Positions 1 to 12,479 of a DNA stretch of 64,000 bases are shown here, piece by piece. The notes below the pieces were generated by a model, which was not told the DNA's origin, searched no databases, and was given only the letters and a program-made list of their open reading frames with translations. The position numbers and the translations under genes were made by a program. Source of the stretch: Raillietiella orientalis. Its lineage: Eukaryota. The stretch's first letter is position 1. Every line of letters starts with the position of its first letter. The stretch lies in the NCBI GenBank assembly GCA_036172245.1, contig JAYWIR010000005.1, forward strand, positions 4,278,001-4,342,000, in the 5' to 3' direction.

Positions 1-3000
1 TGCTTCCTCCCTGTCTCAGGAAGGTTTCTTGTCATCAGGACTCAGCATACAAAAAGGGCGGCTGTTCCGAAGACGGCAGCAGTCGTGTCGCGGGATGGAA
101 CGCTCGCTTCCCTGTGAGTCTCCCGCCCGGCATCTTCGCTCTCGCGCCTCCCGTTCCGCGCCTCCCCTGGCACTCTTCACCGGCCACAAAGAAATGTCAG
201 ACCAGGTGAACAATAGATCATCCGATCTGCCAGAACGTCTTGAAGAACTCAGTTTGCAGGCTGCTCGCCAGAGGGAGGATTCTGGTTCCTGCAGCAGGAG
301 CATGAAGGGCTTGCACCCTGAATCTTGGCCGGCTGGTCGGACTTCAGCAACATCGTCCAGGAAGCCAAGGGACTAAGAATCTTTCTCACCTGCAAGTGAC
401 GCTGTTGCTTTCTTCAGGGTCTCCTGGTCCACTTTTCTCCGTTCGATGCGTTGGTGGTCATTTCGCGCATTAATTCGCCGTATGTGTCCACCTCATTTCA
501 CAGGGAACTTCATCTGAGGAGAAGATGGGAAACGGGTGAAGGATTGGTCTGTCCATCGGTGCATTATGGGGGAGGGAAGGGGTAAACGTTGCCAAGCATC
601 TTGGAACACTGCGTACTGCGCCGCCGACTCTACATCAGGCCATGGTCTCTATCCCGCCTTCCTCACGAGCCCGTAGTTCCATCAAGGAATTACTAACCAT
701 GGCCGCTGTATCCCAATCGAAACTTCCAGTGTCTACTCCGACAGTGTTGGATTTTTGAGCCCACCGTCTCTTTCCTGATTCGCGCCTTCTGTCTCCCGAG
801 GATCTTCAGCTCTTCTTCAGCGGTGGAGAAAGAGGAACCCTTCTCTCCAGAAATAGGGTAGACGAGAGTGGCCTGGATCTTGGGTCGATTGTCCCAGAGC
901 TCTCCTGTGTTTCATGTCCCGGTTTGGATCATTTGGTCGCAACCCGCACGCTAACGGTAAAGATAGGGAATGAATCTCCGAGATGAAGGCCGTACCCTTC
1001 TTGCGTTTTCTCTACCTCCGCTGCTCTCAGGTGGAAGATGGCCAGCAAGGTGGCAGCTGGCAGGCCGAAGAGAGCGCAGGTCTTGGAACATCGTCAGAAA
1101 GTTTATGTCCCTCTACGACGCGTGCGTATCCCTGCTAGAGTCTGAGGCATTTCCGATGCATGTGAAGAAGGGTTCCTACTGGTCCGCTACGGGAGCATTC
1201 CCTAGGAAACATCTTCGCAGAAGAGGGACTTCTGCAGTTTCGAGGGAGTTCTTAGCAACCAAAAGTTGTTCTGGTTCTGGAAGCGAGTGGGAGGACGAAG
1301 GCACTCATCAGGAAGCTTGAGATCTAGAGTTATTCTTGAAAAATCCCAAAAAGGTGGGTCAACCCAGCTTTGCAGGCCCTGAGCGATCTTTGGGATTGGC
1401 TTTGCTGGACAGCAAAGCCCATCTCCCATTGAACTAGGGACCAGGTTACTCCTAAGATCCGGCAGCCACCTCGCAGGAAAATTTGCCTTGGAAGGGGGAG
1501 CAGCTCTAGCGGAGATGCTGCAATGGTGTCGCGATGCCCCCTAGAGGACAGGTTTCTGATATCCAGGATCTTGTCTAGGGGAAGTTTCTCCGAGCGACAA
1601 GCGGTACCATTGCTGGGGAAGGTTGGTCTCCGTCCGGAGGCACCTACGTCTCCAGTGATCCCTCCAGTCAAGCGCTCCTGCTCAGTCAGTGACAGGTTAT
1701 TCCCTCGTGATCCTGGGGAAGCACCGTAGTCGGACGCAGCGGATGGTGCGAGCTTCTCCTGCTCGTGTGGTTGCAGAAAGCAACGAGGTCCTTCACGATG
1801 TTTTGTTCTTCTTGAGAAGACACCAGTGTACGTCCTTCATACCGCCGACATGGGTCTCCCCCGAGGGCAGCCCACGGCAAGACAAACGAAGCTTTCCTTG
1901 GGCGAGCTCCGGGCGTTCCGTAGGTTCCCCTCCCCACACTTTTCGAGAGGAGCGGGACGGTCTCCCAGCCGGTTCCACTTCCCTCGGGACACCCACCGAT
2001 TCGCGGAGTTCGCGCACTGGAAATCGGAGAAGACTGCCTACTCCTCTCTCGTAACGTCTCGTTCATTTTGCCGATCGCTGTGTGAACTCAGCATCCCGTG
2101 TGAACCGAATGCAGCCGGCCTCCTCAAGAAACACCGAAAGTGGGTGAGGGCGATGCAAACCTATGGGATAGGTTTCACTAAACTCTCCCATTTGACTCGA
2201 CGGTGGTTCTTCCCGGAACAGGGAAAGCATCCTGAAGGCAGCGTCCGGAACCCATGTTCTTCATGTGGATGATGGGGCTGTGCGGAGGACCGTCGTCGCG
2301 TCTTCCGCAGGTCGACCGAGATAAATTTCGATGAGGGAAGGAGTTCATCAAAATTGATATCCGTCCTACTGGTGTCTGGATGCCCGAGGGTGTGTCGTCA
2401 GGAAGTATTCCTCTTCTGAATCCAAGAAGAGGCACCTTCCGACTGTCCTGCGAAAGAACGGGTGAAGATTTCACTCCCAGTTGCAGGTTTGTCTGGATTC
2501 CCTTTCGTTCCAGTCCAGCTTTCCCAGGTATAACGTCCGAAGCTTGCTTAACAGCATCCTCTACCTGGAATTGAGACTGTCCCCAAACGGAGTTTCGGAT
2601 CTTCGGATGTTGGCCACGGGTATGCGCACGCAGCAGTTCTCTGTTGCTTTCCGGACAGCAACGAAATGTCCGACTCTTGAGGAGCTGCAGCGGTCTGAGC
2701 AGCTGATCGGTGGCTCAGACACCGGAAGGAGAGCTTCGACGGCGCTCTACAGCAATCTGCATTTCCTCTTCCGGATAGTCAGGTTCTCGCTGGTCACGGC
2801 CATGTCTTCTTGAACGAGACTCCACTCTTTCCTCATCATTTGCGTGCTAGGAATTGCTTTCCACACTGATTTCTTCCCTAAGTTCTGGAAAGTTCCTCCC
2901 GTTAGTGCCGACGGTCCCTCGTAGAGGGGTCCAGACTCCTGTCGCTTCGTCCTTCATTTCTGCTACTTCTTCTCCCCTTGAGGGATTCCAGGGCCTCGGA

Positions 3001-3500
3001 TTTCGTTCTCAGAGTCCACTTCCCTTCACTGGAAAGGGGCTTCTTTTGAGATGATTCATCTGTGTCCATCCCAGTGTGCGCCGAGGAGGCGGCCTCCAAG
3101 TACATCGTTTCCGAGACACAAAGAAGCGTCAATGAAAGCATTTGGAACCACGGGATGCACGCATGTGGATGGGCATGCTGTGGAACTCGGGAGAAGACCG
3201 AGTCTTCTTCGGGAGCTGCAGCCATCCAGTAGATGCGTGGTGAAGCCCTGAGAAGTTGAAGCAGTCTGGGGGTTGGATACGCGAGGGAATCCTTCTTGGA
3301 AATTGTCCTCCGGTTCTCTCCCTCCTTTGTTGTCTCTTGATCCTCAAGGGACGACGTAAGAAACACGTCGTCCCGCCCCGAGGGTCTTTCCCGACCTCCA
3401 AACACCTTGAGGTCCGTGAGGAGGCTCCAGTCTCGGACATTTCGCGGTCATCTGCCTTTACTCACTCTGGACGAGTGTCGTGGCGCTCTCGAGAACCAGC
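1..3500 (-). mobile_element. Decayed 5' part of an RLE-type (R2 superfamily, NeSL/Utopia-like) non-LTR retrotransposon; repeated Cys/His zinc-finger-like modules; runs off the left edge
   Basis: Frameshifted minus-strand fragments such as DSLAYPTPRLL..CFNFSGLHH (~3300-3230), ILMNSFPHR..STCG..IIHMK (~2360-2255) and MAVTSENLTIRKRKCRL (~2800-2750) resemble the [YF]P-x-C..C..H modules seen in the other RLE relics here. No intact ORF. Confidence 0.45.
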
Positions 3501-5199
3501 GAGGGACGCTGAAGGTAAAGAACGCTGATGGGAAGCTCCACATCGGAAAAGAGGGATGGAACGCCAATTAGTGACAATCGTCCGACAATGCGTTGATTTC
3601 TGGAATGCTCTACATTGCAGATCCAGGCGTGTGGAAGAGGAAAAGCAAACTTCCAGATGATGTAACTGCTATCCCGAAATAGACCTTAGATGGGGGAGGA
3701 AACATTACTATGATGGAATTATCATCTCAAGATTATGATTCTTGAGGCGCCAAGTTTCCTAGCATCCAGAATGGAAAACCCTAGTGCTACTGAAAGAAGA
3801 TGAACTTCTGTAGAAGAGAGCGTGAGGAAAAGGAATAATCCCAGAAATTATGAACCTGAAAGTCATACGAGATGCATCGGTTGTAAACATTACTGCATCA
3901 TCACGCATCTCATCTCCGAGATGGTTCCTACACCAGTCCTTGAACCCCACATGAGTTCGAAGCAGACAAGAGCAGTGCAGCTACGATCTTCCGGCTTGTA
4001 CGTGTGAAGTTTTGGAAAATCGACGCTCCCGGAGATGAGGATTCGTGCTTGACATGCCGAAATTGCCAAACCTCTGTGAAGACAGACCCCGTTGGATCTG
4101 GATGAAAAACAAACAGAAAGAAAGTATTTGGGGATCATTTCTATCCCGAGTATCTCTGCTCTTCGCACCCTTTTCATGCTTTTGGAGTTGCTGCAAACAT
4201 TTCATCAGAGTCTCTTGCGACTCCACGGTCTGAGCGAATGGCTGTTTATGGAGCCCATGGAGCTAAAGTCCTGTCCTGTTGCCATCTTGCTCTATCCAGG
4301 CTACATATCTTCAACCACAGGTCTAAAGAAAACTTATCCTACGTCTCAGTTGAGCACCCTTGGTTCCCTGCTCAGCAGCTGCGGGTGGCCTGGCGGAAAC
4401 TAGAGAATGGACTTCCGCCTTGCCAAGAGCGCAGTGTCCCTTTCCCTGCTTTCCTATGTTCAGCGATCACCACCTGCCATATCCTGGATGGGAGACTGAG
4501 CCCAAGGATTGTTGGGACTGTTCGCGGGTTACTAGCAGCGGGATGTTTAAACGGAGGAACTTTGAAGCGCCGCGCACCTTGTCCAAGGCTCCGCTTCCCA
4601 GTTCCGCATCGCCGTCGTTAGGCTGAGAATCCAGAGGATTCTCTTTCCTCGATATTCCAAGGAGCAGTTCCCACGAAGATATTCCAGGAAATTCATACTT
4701 GCTCACTACTTGTACTGATCACTGTAAAAGTTTCATGTAACTGTATACAACCCTAATCGACTCAATCCATACAACTGCATACGTCTCGTGTATTTTCCTC
4801 GCTCGATAGTATGCAATCACACATAGGCTGAATAACTGAAGATTGTTAATGATTCCTGACGCAAGTGCGATTCCTTATATGACTGCCATATGCAAGAATT
4901 TTGTCATGCATTTCTTGAAGGGTCTTCTACACGTATTTTCAATCATCATCCATAAATTTTGAATCGAGTATTTCCGATGGACTGCTTATTGGAAACAGCG
5001 GATTCGATACCAGCTGCTGAGTCTCGCAATTCCAGGTGCCTTCTCCGCGTGCTTCATCTGCTCCCTCCCTTCCATATTGGATGAAAACCGCCGTTAATTA
5101 ATTCCTTCCTCTTTTTTTTGTGATCAGCGTCGACTCTGCAGAATTCCATTTTCGAGACGTCATTTCAAATTCGAAAGGGTGCATCTTTGTCTTTCACAA

Positions 5200-6006
5200 G
5201 TCATCATCTGCAAGCGACTAACAAATGCAGTTTTCTTCCTGAACGGGTGCTGTTGCTGATAGCAAAAACATCGCTGATTAGCAAGGGGAACGGGGAAATC
5301 TCCAGCCGTCCGCTTAAGACGGAACTCTGCAATCAGCAACAGCCAGATACTCGGGAAGAACCATTAACGGTGGTTTCCTTAGGGAAAGCGTGCGTTCGCG
5401 ATGAAATTCGCCCTTTTCAGGGTTCCCAGAGTACCGAGGTGGTTGAAATGCGACAGAGTCGTCGCTCCCACTGTGCACTCTGTTGCCACGATGATGCTCG
5501 CATTCTGCTTGGTGATTTCTTCGTGATACCGGGTTGCGTAGTCGACCTCGAGTATTCCCAGGTGGTCCCAAGAATTTCCTAATCGCTTGCCAGCGCCTCG
5601 GGTCGTCCAAGGTTTGTTTAACTCGGTGGCAGTTTGCAGACTCAGAAGAAGCTCCAGCTATCAACTTATTCTCCTGCCTTACTGAAGAGGGAATGCACAG
5701 GCATTGCAAGAGACGAAGCAGCCTCATTTTGATAGTTTCCTCCTCAACGGAAGATTTGTCGAACTGTCGGCCAATTTCAGAGTTTCCTGGAAGGTTTTCT
5801 GAAACTGAAGATTCCATAATCTCACACGCCTTACAGGACAGTTCATGAAGACGGAGGTGGTGAACAGCGCTGTTTCGTAGCACTCTTTCCAGCACATCCA
5901 AGGTCATGGTGCCTCCACTCACCGCTTGAAGACGGCAACTGAAGCGAGCTGGGAAGTGACTTTCAAAGGCCCGGGTCGCAAGGCTGAAGCCTTGAGGTGG
6001 AGACAC
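5200..6006 (-). pseudogene. Possible Ty3/gypsy gag-like relic
   Basis: ORF 5314..6006 has a helical-looking stretch (FDKSSVEEETIKMRLLRLL..LDDPRRWQAIRKFLG) followed in another frame by ETTV..RV..LLISDVF, loosely like invertebrate gypsy capsid. No pol or LTR seen. Confidence 0.2.
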
Positions 6007-6162
6007 CTTGAACTTTTGATTTTATGGTTCTTCGCTCAGAGCTTTAGGTGGCTTTCGGTCCAGCTCCTTGAACTGGAAGTCCTCCTGACACCGAATCGGC
6101 CGAAGTAGTTTTTGATCACTAATCACCATTATGGAAAGATGAGCGCATTTTTTCCCTGGACG

Positions 6163-6994
6163 GAAATCCTCTTGGATTCTTTTCTGTCTTCGCTGCTTTC
6201 TTTCCACGTTTTTCTTTTTTGTCGGATTTCCCTTTTTTTTTTCTTCAGCCAAGTACCTCAAGAACCGCCGTTCGCCTGGCAGCTCACGAATCTCTTTGAC
6301 TCTGATCCACGTCATCCGAGGGTGCGTGTTAACTTTTCAAGTTATAGCTGGTACCCCGGGAGAGGACCACTTTGTGAATACAGGAAGGGCTCCGGAGAAA
6401 AAAAGTCCGTTTCTCTCGCGCTTGGTAGGGAGCCCTCGCCCTCGCTGTCTCAGAAAGGGACCTCGAAGGGAACCTCTTCCTTATTCTCTCAGGAAGGACC
6501 CCTTGGAAAGGATCCATGCCTGGAATTTCTTCCCCAGAGGGAACCTGCAAAGGAACCGCTCCCCGTCACTCCTCTGAAGAAAACCCTGAAGGGACGCCTC
6601 CCAATTTCCTCGACGGGCGCTCCCCAAAGGGAGCAGGGCGCCTCTGGAAAGGCAACTCCCCGAGGGCGATATCAAGCAGCTGCATGGAACGCGATGGATC
6701 AACCACACGGCTTCGTTTTGTCAACCGGAGGAGAACCCGGAAGAGAACCGGTTCTCCATCCTTCCTGGTACGACCTTGGAGGGTCAACTTTTAATGCCGG
6801 CCAGCCCCTCCGGCTTCCATCGATGCCGCTCCCGAAGCCACTCGAGACCATCCAGCGTCATCCTGAGGATGGAGAACTCCAATTTTTGAGGCACCTCTAT
6901 TCGTGTGGCGTCGATCCTCCATGTGGAGATTGGAACCCGCAACGCGGAGGGCCACGCGCGGATGGCGCAGCCTCAAGGGCTGCCAACGCTGGCT
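6163..6994 (-). mobile_element. tRNA-headed structured unit, copy A (~825 bp; SINE-like or retrotransposon 5' leader)
   Basis: Near-identical direct repeat of 31755-32579 with only a handful of differences. Divergent homologues lie in the opposite orientation at 19102-19690 and 58734-59175. Confidence 0.8.
6918..6994 (-). other. Degenerate tRNA-like head (A-box/B-box-like)
   Basis: Minus strand reads gccagcgt-tg-gcagcc/cttga/ggctgc-gccatccgcgcgtggc-..-gcggg-ttccaat-ctcc-acatgga, giving a D-like arm, an anticodon-like arm and a B-box-like GGTTCCAATC. Not a canonical tRNA. Confidence 0.55.
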
Positions 6995-7999
6995 GAGACA
7001 GGTACAGCTGGAATCTTTTCATCTCTCCAAGTGTATTCATCCTTTGGCCTTCCTGGATTGCTTCCCCCGCCTTGCCATGTTTTTATTCTCTTACCCGGAA
7101 GCAAAGTTATTCAGGGACCATATCCTCTCTGAGTGCTTCTTGTCCCATGATACCTGGTGTGGGGGCATCTCCGTATTCCCTAGTGAAACTTCACAATGCT
7201 TGGAGGATTTTTCCCTCACAAAGGTGATGTGGTCCGAACTGGCTGCTGGATGCCCTCTGACTTCGCCTACCCTTGGCTCTAAACCCAAATGGCTGCGCGA
7301 AGATTGCTGACGTCGGAAGCAGCCGCAAAGCACTGATCTTCTGAGATCCATCCAAGTCGAGGCTCGTTCACGAGACTCGCGTACCCCAGGAACTTCCGGG
7401 AGTCCATCCCGTTATTCCACTCACCCGTCAGCGTATCTTGGCCGACCGTAGGTGCTCTGGGAGTTGGCCTCCTGACCTGCCTGGGAGCCTAGGATGGCTG
7501 ACTCCCTCTGAAACCGAGAGGGAAGCGAAACGATTCCCCGGAAAAACTTCACTCCCTCTGTCCCAAGCCTCCAATTTTCCGAGTTGCGTCTCGTGGGCGC
7601 TCCGTCTCGATGCTCCATACCCAAGAAGGAGAGAGGGAGAGCATCGTGTTCCGTTGCTCTGCTGATCTGTCGCATCGCATCCCTCTGTGCATCTGCTCCT
7701 TCCTGATGCAATGAAACTCATCCAGTCACTGCACGATGGACAGGCAACAGGAAAGCAAAGGACACACACAAAAAATAAAAGCCAACAACTCTGGCACAAA
7801 AGCAGCCTAGCGGCAAGAAAAAAAGCAAAACATGGAAAGCCCGGTCAAAAAATTCTGGGATGCGTCCCGGGAACGCATTCTGGAATCCTTTCCGTGTTCG
7901 TCCCTCCCCTTGTTTCCTCAAGACCTTTTGTAGTTTTGTCCCTCCCCCCATTCAAGTACGAAGGAGCCCGCGTCCCTCATGTTCTTGCCAGACGTGAAA

Positions 8000-8310
8000 T
8001 GCTCGTTCCTGTGTGCTGACGTCCGCAGGTTTTTTTCCTCTTCGAGTGTGCCTGCTACAGCAGGTTCCGCACCGGAGCACCACGGCAAAGATCGCCGAGA
8101 GGACCGCAGCGTCCAAAGGGGACCGCTCGTGATGACTTTCGACTCTTGCCATGAGGCAACCGCGTGCCACTGCATGACTGCTGAGATTTCCTTTCCTGCT
8201 CTCGGTCCGCGCTCGATATTTTGGCACGCTGAAAAAAACCATCGTCTCGTGCTCGATGCCAAAAGCCAAACGATCTCCAAGATCGACGACAAACACGCGC
8301 AACAGTTCTG
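8000..8310 (-). pseudogene. Decayed RLE endonuclease C-terminus
   Basis: VFVVDL..PKYRAR and, in another frame, HAVASW..LWTLRSSRR parallel the DV..K..KY..vGsLGaW..VL..L motif order seen intact at 40496-41008. Confidence 0.35.
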
Positions 8311-8741
8311 TTCTTTTTTTTTGTTGTTGTTGTTTTTGCTTGTGTGAGTTTTTTCGCCACTCCTTCCTAAATCGGTTCGCTCTGGCAGTTGCTCCCCCCC
8401 CCCGTCTTCTCCCTCTGAAGTGTCGTTATTCGGTTTGATTCTGAAGAGCTGGAGTGCTGCGGAGGCTGACAGTTCCATGATTTATGTTTACTTTCCAGTT
8501 CTTATCCATGTCTGCTAGCAGCCTCCTGCGTTCGAAACGTTCCGCCGTCTCCAGACGCAACTCGTTGGTGTCGCGACTCGAATTCTTCGGATGCCTTTCC
8601 ATTCGGGGCGGTTTTAACATCGCAAACGAGTCTCCACTGCCGCAGATTCAAAGGAAAAAAAAAATCGCAGGTGTTTTGCAAAGGTGACTCAGCCCCTCTA
8701 TTAACGAACCTGTTTCGTTGTCTTCAGTCACGCAGACCAGT

Positions 8742-8822
8742 TCCCCCGTGCGGGTTTCGAACCTAGCTCCTTGAGACTCCCGCTCGCTGCGCTGCGCATG
8801 CCGATTCGTCAAGCAACTTTTC
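8742..8822 (-). other. Possible tRNA-derived (SINE-like) head relic
   Basis: Minus strand has TGACGAATCGG (A-box-like) about 35 nt upstream of GGTTCGAAACCC (B-box-like). Stems are poor. Confidence 0.3.
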
Positions 8823-9989
8823 CTGAGGCTTTCACTCGCACGCCTTCCAGTGCGTCGCTGACCGCCTGCCACAACGGGCATTTCTGCGCTTGTGGGAGGA
8901 ATCCATCCTCATCTCCTCCCCCTAGCCATCTAAGTCCATCTCATTTCATTCCACGAAGAACGACGCATCCTGGGTCCGGAAAGAATACATCTTGGACTTG
9001 TGGTGCCAATGAACATTCAGCCTCGATAGAACCTCGGCTTGCTCTATAGGGAACCTCCTTAACGGAGAGGCGAACATCAAGAAAGACATGTCCAGAACTC
9101 TTCTTAGATGCCTTACAGAGCTCTGATTCCATTCCGCACTCCAGCAGAAGCTGAACTCGAGCCCTGCATCCGTGAAGGAACGGATGACCCGAGTTCATTC
9201 GGCAGCATGGGGGAAACGACGGTATGGAGCAGCTACTCTAGGCTCGGACTTCTTTGCTGTGTACAAAAAGCGTCTAAAGGTATTCGAAAGAAACATTCAA
9301 AAACTGCTTTTCAAAGCTCTCCTGAACCAACTAAAAGATAAAGCCATAGGTTCATCCACTCGGCTCGTTTGAATTTTCTTCCCATATAAGGAGTAACCAG
9401 AAGGAGAGAAGATGGCGCATGTCGGCTGTGAAGAGTGTGGGATAGACGTTGTCTCATATCGTTAATCATTGCACGAGGCACTTTCGCCTTTATACTGCGC
9501 GACATGGTGCGATGCTGGGAAGAGTGAAGGACGTTGCGGAGGAAGATGAGTCATTCCCTCTTTGAACTGCCTGAGGCAGCAGTCCCGGAAATGCGACAAA
9601 GAGGAGCAAATGCGATGTAACTTGCAAAGAAAGCAGGAAACTTTCGTGTTTCCTGTAACTTCCTTTTTTTTTTTAATGTCTCGTGAAAGCATTGGAAGGC
9701 ATTTCCAGGACAACTTCTCGACAGACATGTCAAGATGCTACGTGAAGATGCAGCATCAAGGCGGTTGATTCCACTCATCCAACTAGCAGTATCGAAAACT
9801 AGAAGAAAAAAAATCTTTTCTCTTGCTTTCCTACTCCACATGAAAGAAGATCAGGAGCGGCCGCTCCTGACAGCTTCCAAACTCTCACTGATGCATTGGC
9901 GAGATGGCAGGTGCCACGAAGAAAGATGAATCTGTCTTCCCATCTCGAAACTTTCGAGGGCAAGACTCGTTGGCAACACCAGCGACGGA

Positions 9990-10200
9990 TCTCCCACGCC
10001 AGCTGGACTGGAAACGCGAAGAATCTCAAGTACGGTTTCCAGCAACAGGTCGAGTGCCTGCAAGATGCAGAAGAGAATTCCAGAGTCTCACGCAACGCCT
10101 ACTGAGAGAGAGGACGGAAACGAAAAGAGCGAGGAACGAATTCGTCTTCGAGTGGAGCTGATGCAAGCGGAGATCCGAGGACGGGTGAAGGGATTTCAGG
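9990..10200 (+). pseudogene. Zinc-finger module relic of RLE-type element
   Basis: VRFPATGRVPARCRREFQS..FVFEWS*CKRR matches the [YF]P..C..C..F module pattern. Confidence 0.3.
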
Positions 10201-12479
10201 ACGGTCAGTGAGCCGAGTCATCCGGCGGAAGAAAATCGCACCCTAGAGCTACCCCTTTTCTAAAGTCGAGAGTCAACGAGCGTACAATCCCTCAGCCCTA
10301 CCATGGAACCCACTCTCATCGGTCCCCTGCCGATTTTTCCAACTTAACTGCCAGGCCATTTGCACTTTACGCGCCAGCCTCCTGAAGACCGGAATTCCAT
10401 CGATGACTGACAGCTCCCGACTTCTCGGAACGAGCCTCGCCCCCTTCGCGCCTCCGGTCTCTGCTGGGTTCTCACAATGAGTCCATCTCACTTTTCTTGT
10501 CGGTGCGCTGGGACGCTGCCGGTACCAAGGCAGATACGTATCTTCCGCAAGCAGCTACTTCAAATTACCCACCTCCCTTCACTTGGCTGTTTCTGAGCCA
10601 TACGGGGGAACTTGACACTCTCAGGTGCAGAAGGAAACGCTGAAATCTCCCCTCCTCTTCTTCCTTACCGACGCGGATCTGGGAGAGCAACATGTCCTCT
10701 CACGCCGTCGCGAGGTCTGCACGACGATAAGCGACATCCAAGGCCTTTGGTCTGAAGGAATAAGAAACGGGTCTTTTCCGGTTCGTTGCTGTGGGTGGAG
10801 AACCCACGACAGCAGTGGGAGGAGCGTCTTTTGATCTCAGCACGAGGTCGAAGTTCACCTCCAGCGCTCGCCGCAACGAAGCGAGGCACGGAGATCCTGT
10901 TGTTGGTTGGAGCAACGCCTTGATCGTTTCAAGGCTTCATTTTGCTCCGGGCTGCTTCCAACCACTCTCTCACTGACTAGGGAGGGTCCTTAGGACCAGA
11001 AATTTCGTCCTGGTCACACGCCATTGTCTCCTCTCCATCTGTCTGCCAGCCAGGAAGCGGACGGGGGGTCGATCGAACTTTCCAGAAATAGGATGAAACA
11101 CTGCCGCACCGTCTTAAATTAATCGGTGTGACTAATTTAAGACGCTCCTTCTTGCCCAGTGCCCAGCCAGCAGCTTGCAGCTAGTGCCACGTCCTCGTCG
11201 CGCCATGCTACGCCACCTTCCGCTACAGGGAAAAACAAGCGCCCGAGTGTAGAGGGAGCGCTTTTGACTCATGCAGGGGAGCCTCCCCCCAACTCCGACG
11301 GAGAATCGAAATCTACTTGCTGCCTTCCCTTCGCTAGGGCGGCGTCCGACCGCTGGCACTCTCTCTTTTGGAGCCTGCCTCTGACGTTGCTCCCTTCGTT
11401 GCCTGTCTCATACGCTCAAGCACACACCCCTTTCCCTGGATGAAACGCTCCGGATGAAATCCTCTCTTTCGGTAACCAATTGACCACACCCGTGTTAGCC
11501 ACGCTCAAACTCATCTTTGCGGGAACCTCTTGAGCTCAGGCGACCCTTTGGTAGTCGGTTTCCTCCAGTAGTACCAGAAGAGAAAGCACTTGGGACAGTG
11601 GTAATTAATGGCCAACAGTGCTGCCAGAGCCATTCCTTTTTCGTTTTCTTCTTTTTCTTAGCTTGCTGGGAAAGCTACCTTCTCTTTCTCCTCCTTTCGA
11701 ATTTCCCTTTGAGCAGCTCCGCGATTTGTATGGGACGATGGCACGGGATCTCAGCACAGCTCCAGATCGGGAAAAGTGGCTTCCCGTGCTCGGTCCCGCC
11801 TCGTTCCGCGACAAAGAGTATGGCTGCTTCCTTCACCGAAAACACCTGAAGACCGACGGGAACCGTCACGGGAAGTAGAAATCACTGCAAGTCGGGACTA
11901 AAATCCTGGTTAGTCGATCCTGCTTCCTTTCTTGCTTCTTCTCCTTCCTAAGGTACCAGTCATGGTGGTGGTGTGGTGGTGCTGGCGCTGGCAAAAATCC
12001 TCTCAAAGTGGACCGTCTGTTTCTCCCCTGCTAAATATTCACGAAGGAATCGGGTGTGGAAAGGTCAAAAAAAAAAGGTGAACTCTGCAGTCGAAGGGCG
12101 ATCCAGACTCGATCGAGAGAGAGGAGGAGGTCAGGAGTTAACCTCGCGGGATCAGAAAGAGTCCAAAGGAAAGCGAAGCGAAAAAACAAAAAGGTTTCCG
12201 GTAGCAGTTCACGTGATGCCCTCTAGGTGTGCGTTTCCCGTCTCCTTGCTTTCCACGGAGAAGAGATGGGTTCTTCTGCATCCAGAGCAGGCAGCGGTTC
12301 TACCCCCAATCGTCGGCGGAGCCCTCGGCCTTGCTCAGCTTCCGAGGGACAGGAACCCTGAATCATGGTAAAAATCACCTCCCGACGACCAGCTTGGAGG
12401 TGTCCCTGGAACAACAGCTCGTGGCCAAGCCCGTCGCGAATGCACAGAAGCAGCAGACTTTTAGGCGTCGCTCGGGATC

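Noticed and set aside
3075..3100. HDV-ribozyme-like gcctcctcg motifs (here on the minus strand, also ~31297 and ~49905)
   Set aside because: P3 and P1 pairings could not be completed.
6855..6895. Hammerhead-like CTGAGGA followed by a tggag/ctcca stem (antisense to the leader), with GAAA in some homologues
   Set aside because: No single copy has both core motifs, and there is no room for stem III and the cleavage triplet; a simple sense-strand hairpin explains it.
6112..6996. 294-aa ORF (and 266-aa twin at 31811..32611)
   Set aside because: Antisense to the tRNA-headed unit, no recognisable domain, and repeated only because the DNA is duplicated.
8940..9200. FLDV motif suggestive of Penelope RT
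   Set aside because: No other Penelope RT or GIY-YIG motifs nearby.
10620..11700. Ulp1-like protease hints (FLTDADL; LAINY..WYY)
   Set aside because: Catalytic His/Asp/Cys motifs could not be identified, and the hints are on opposite strands.
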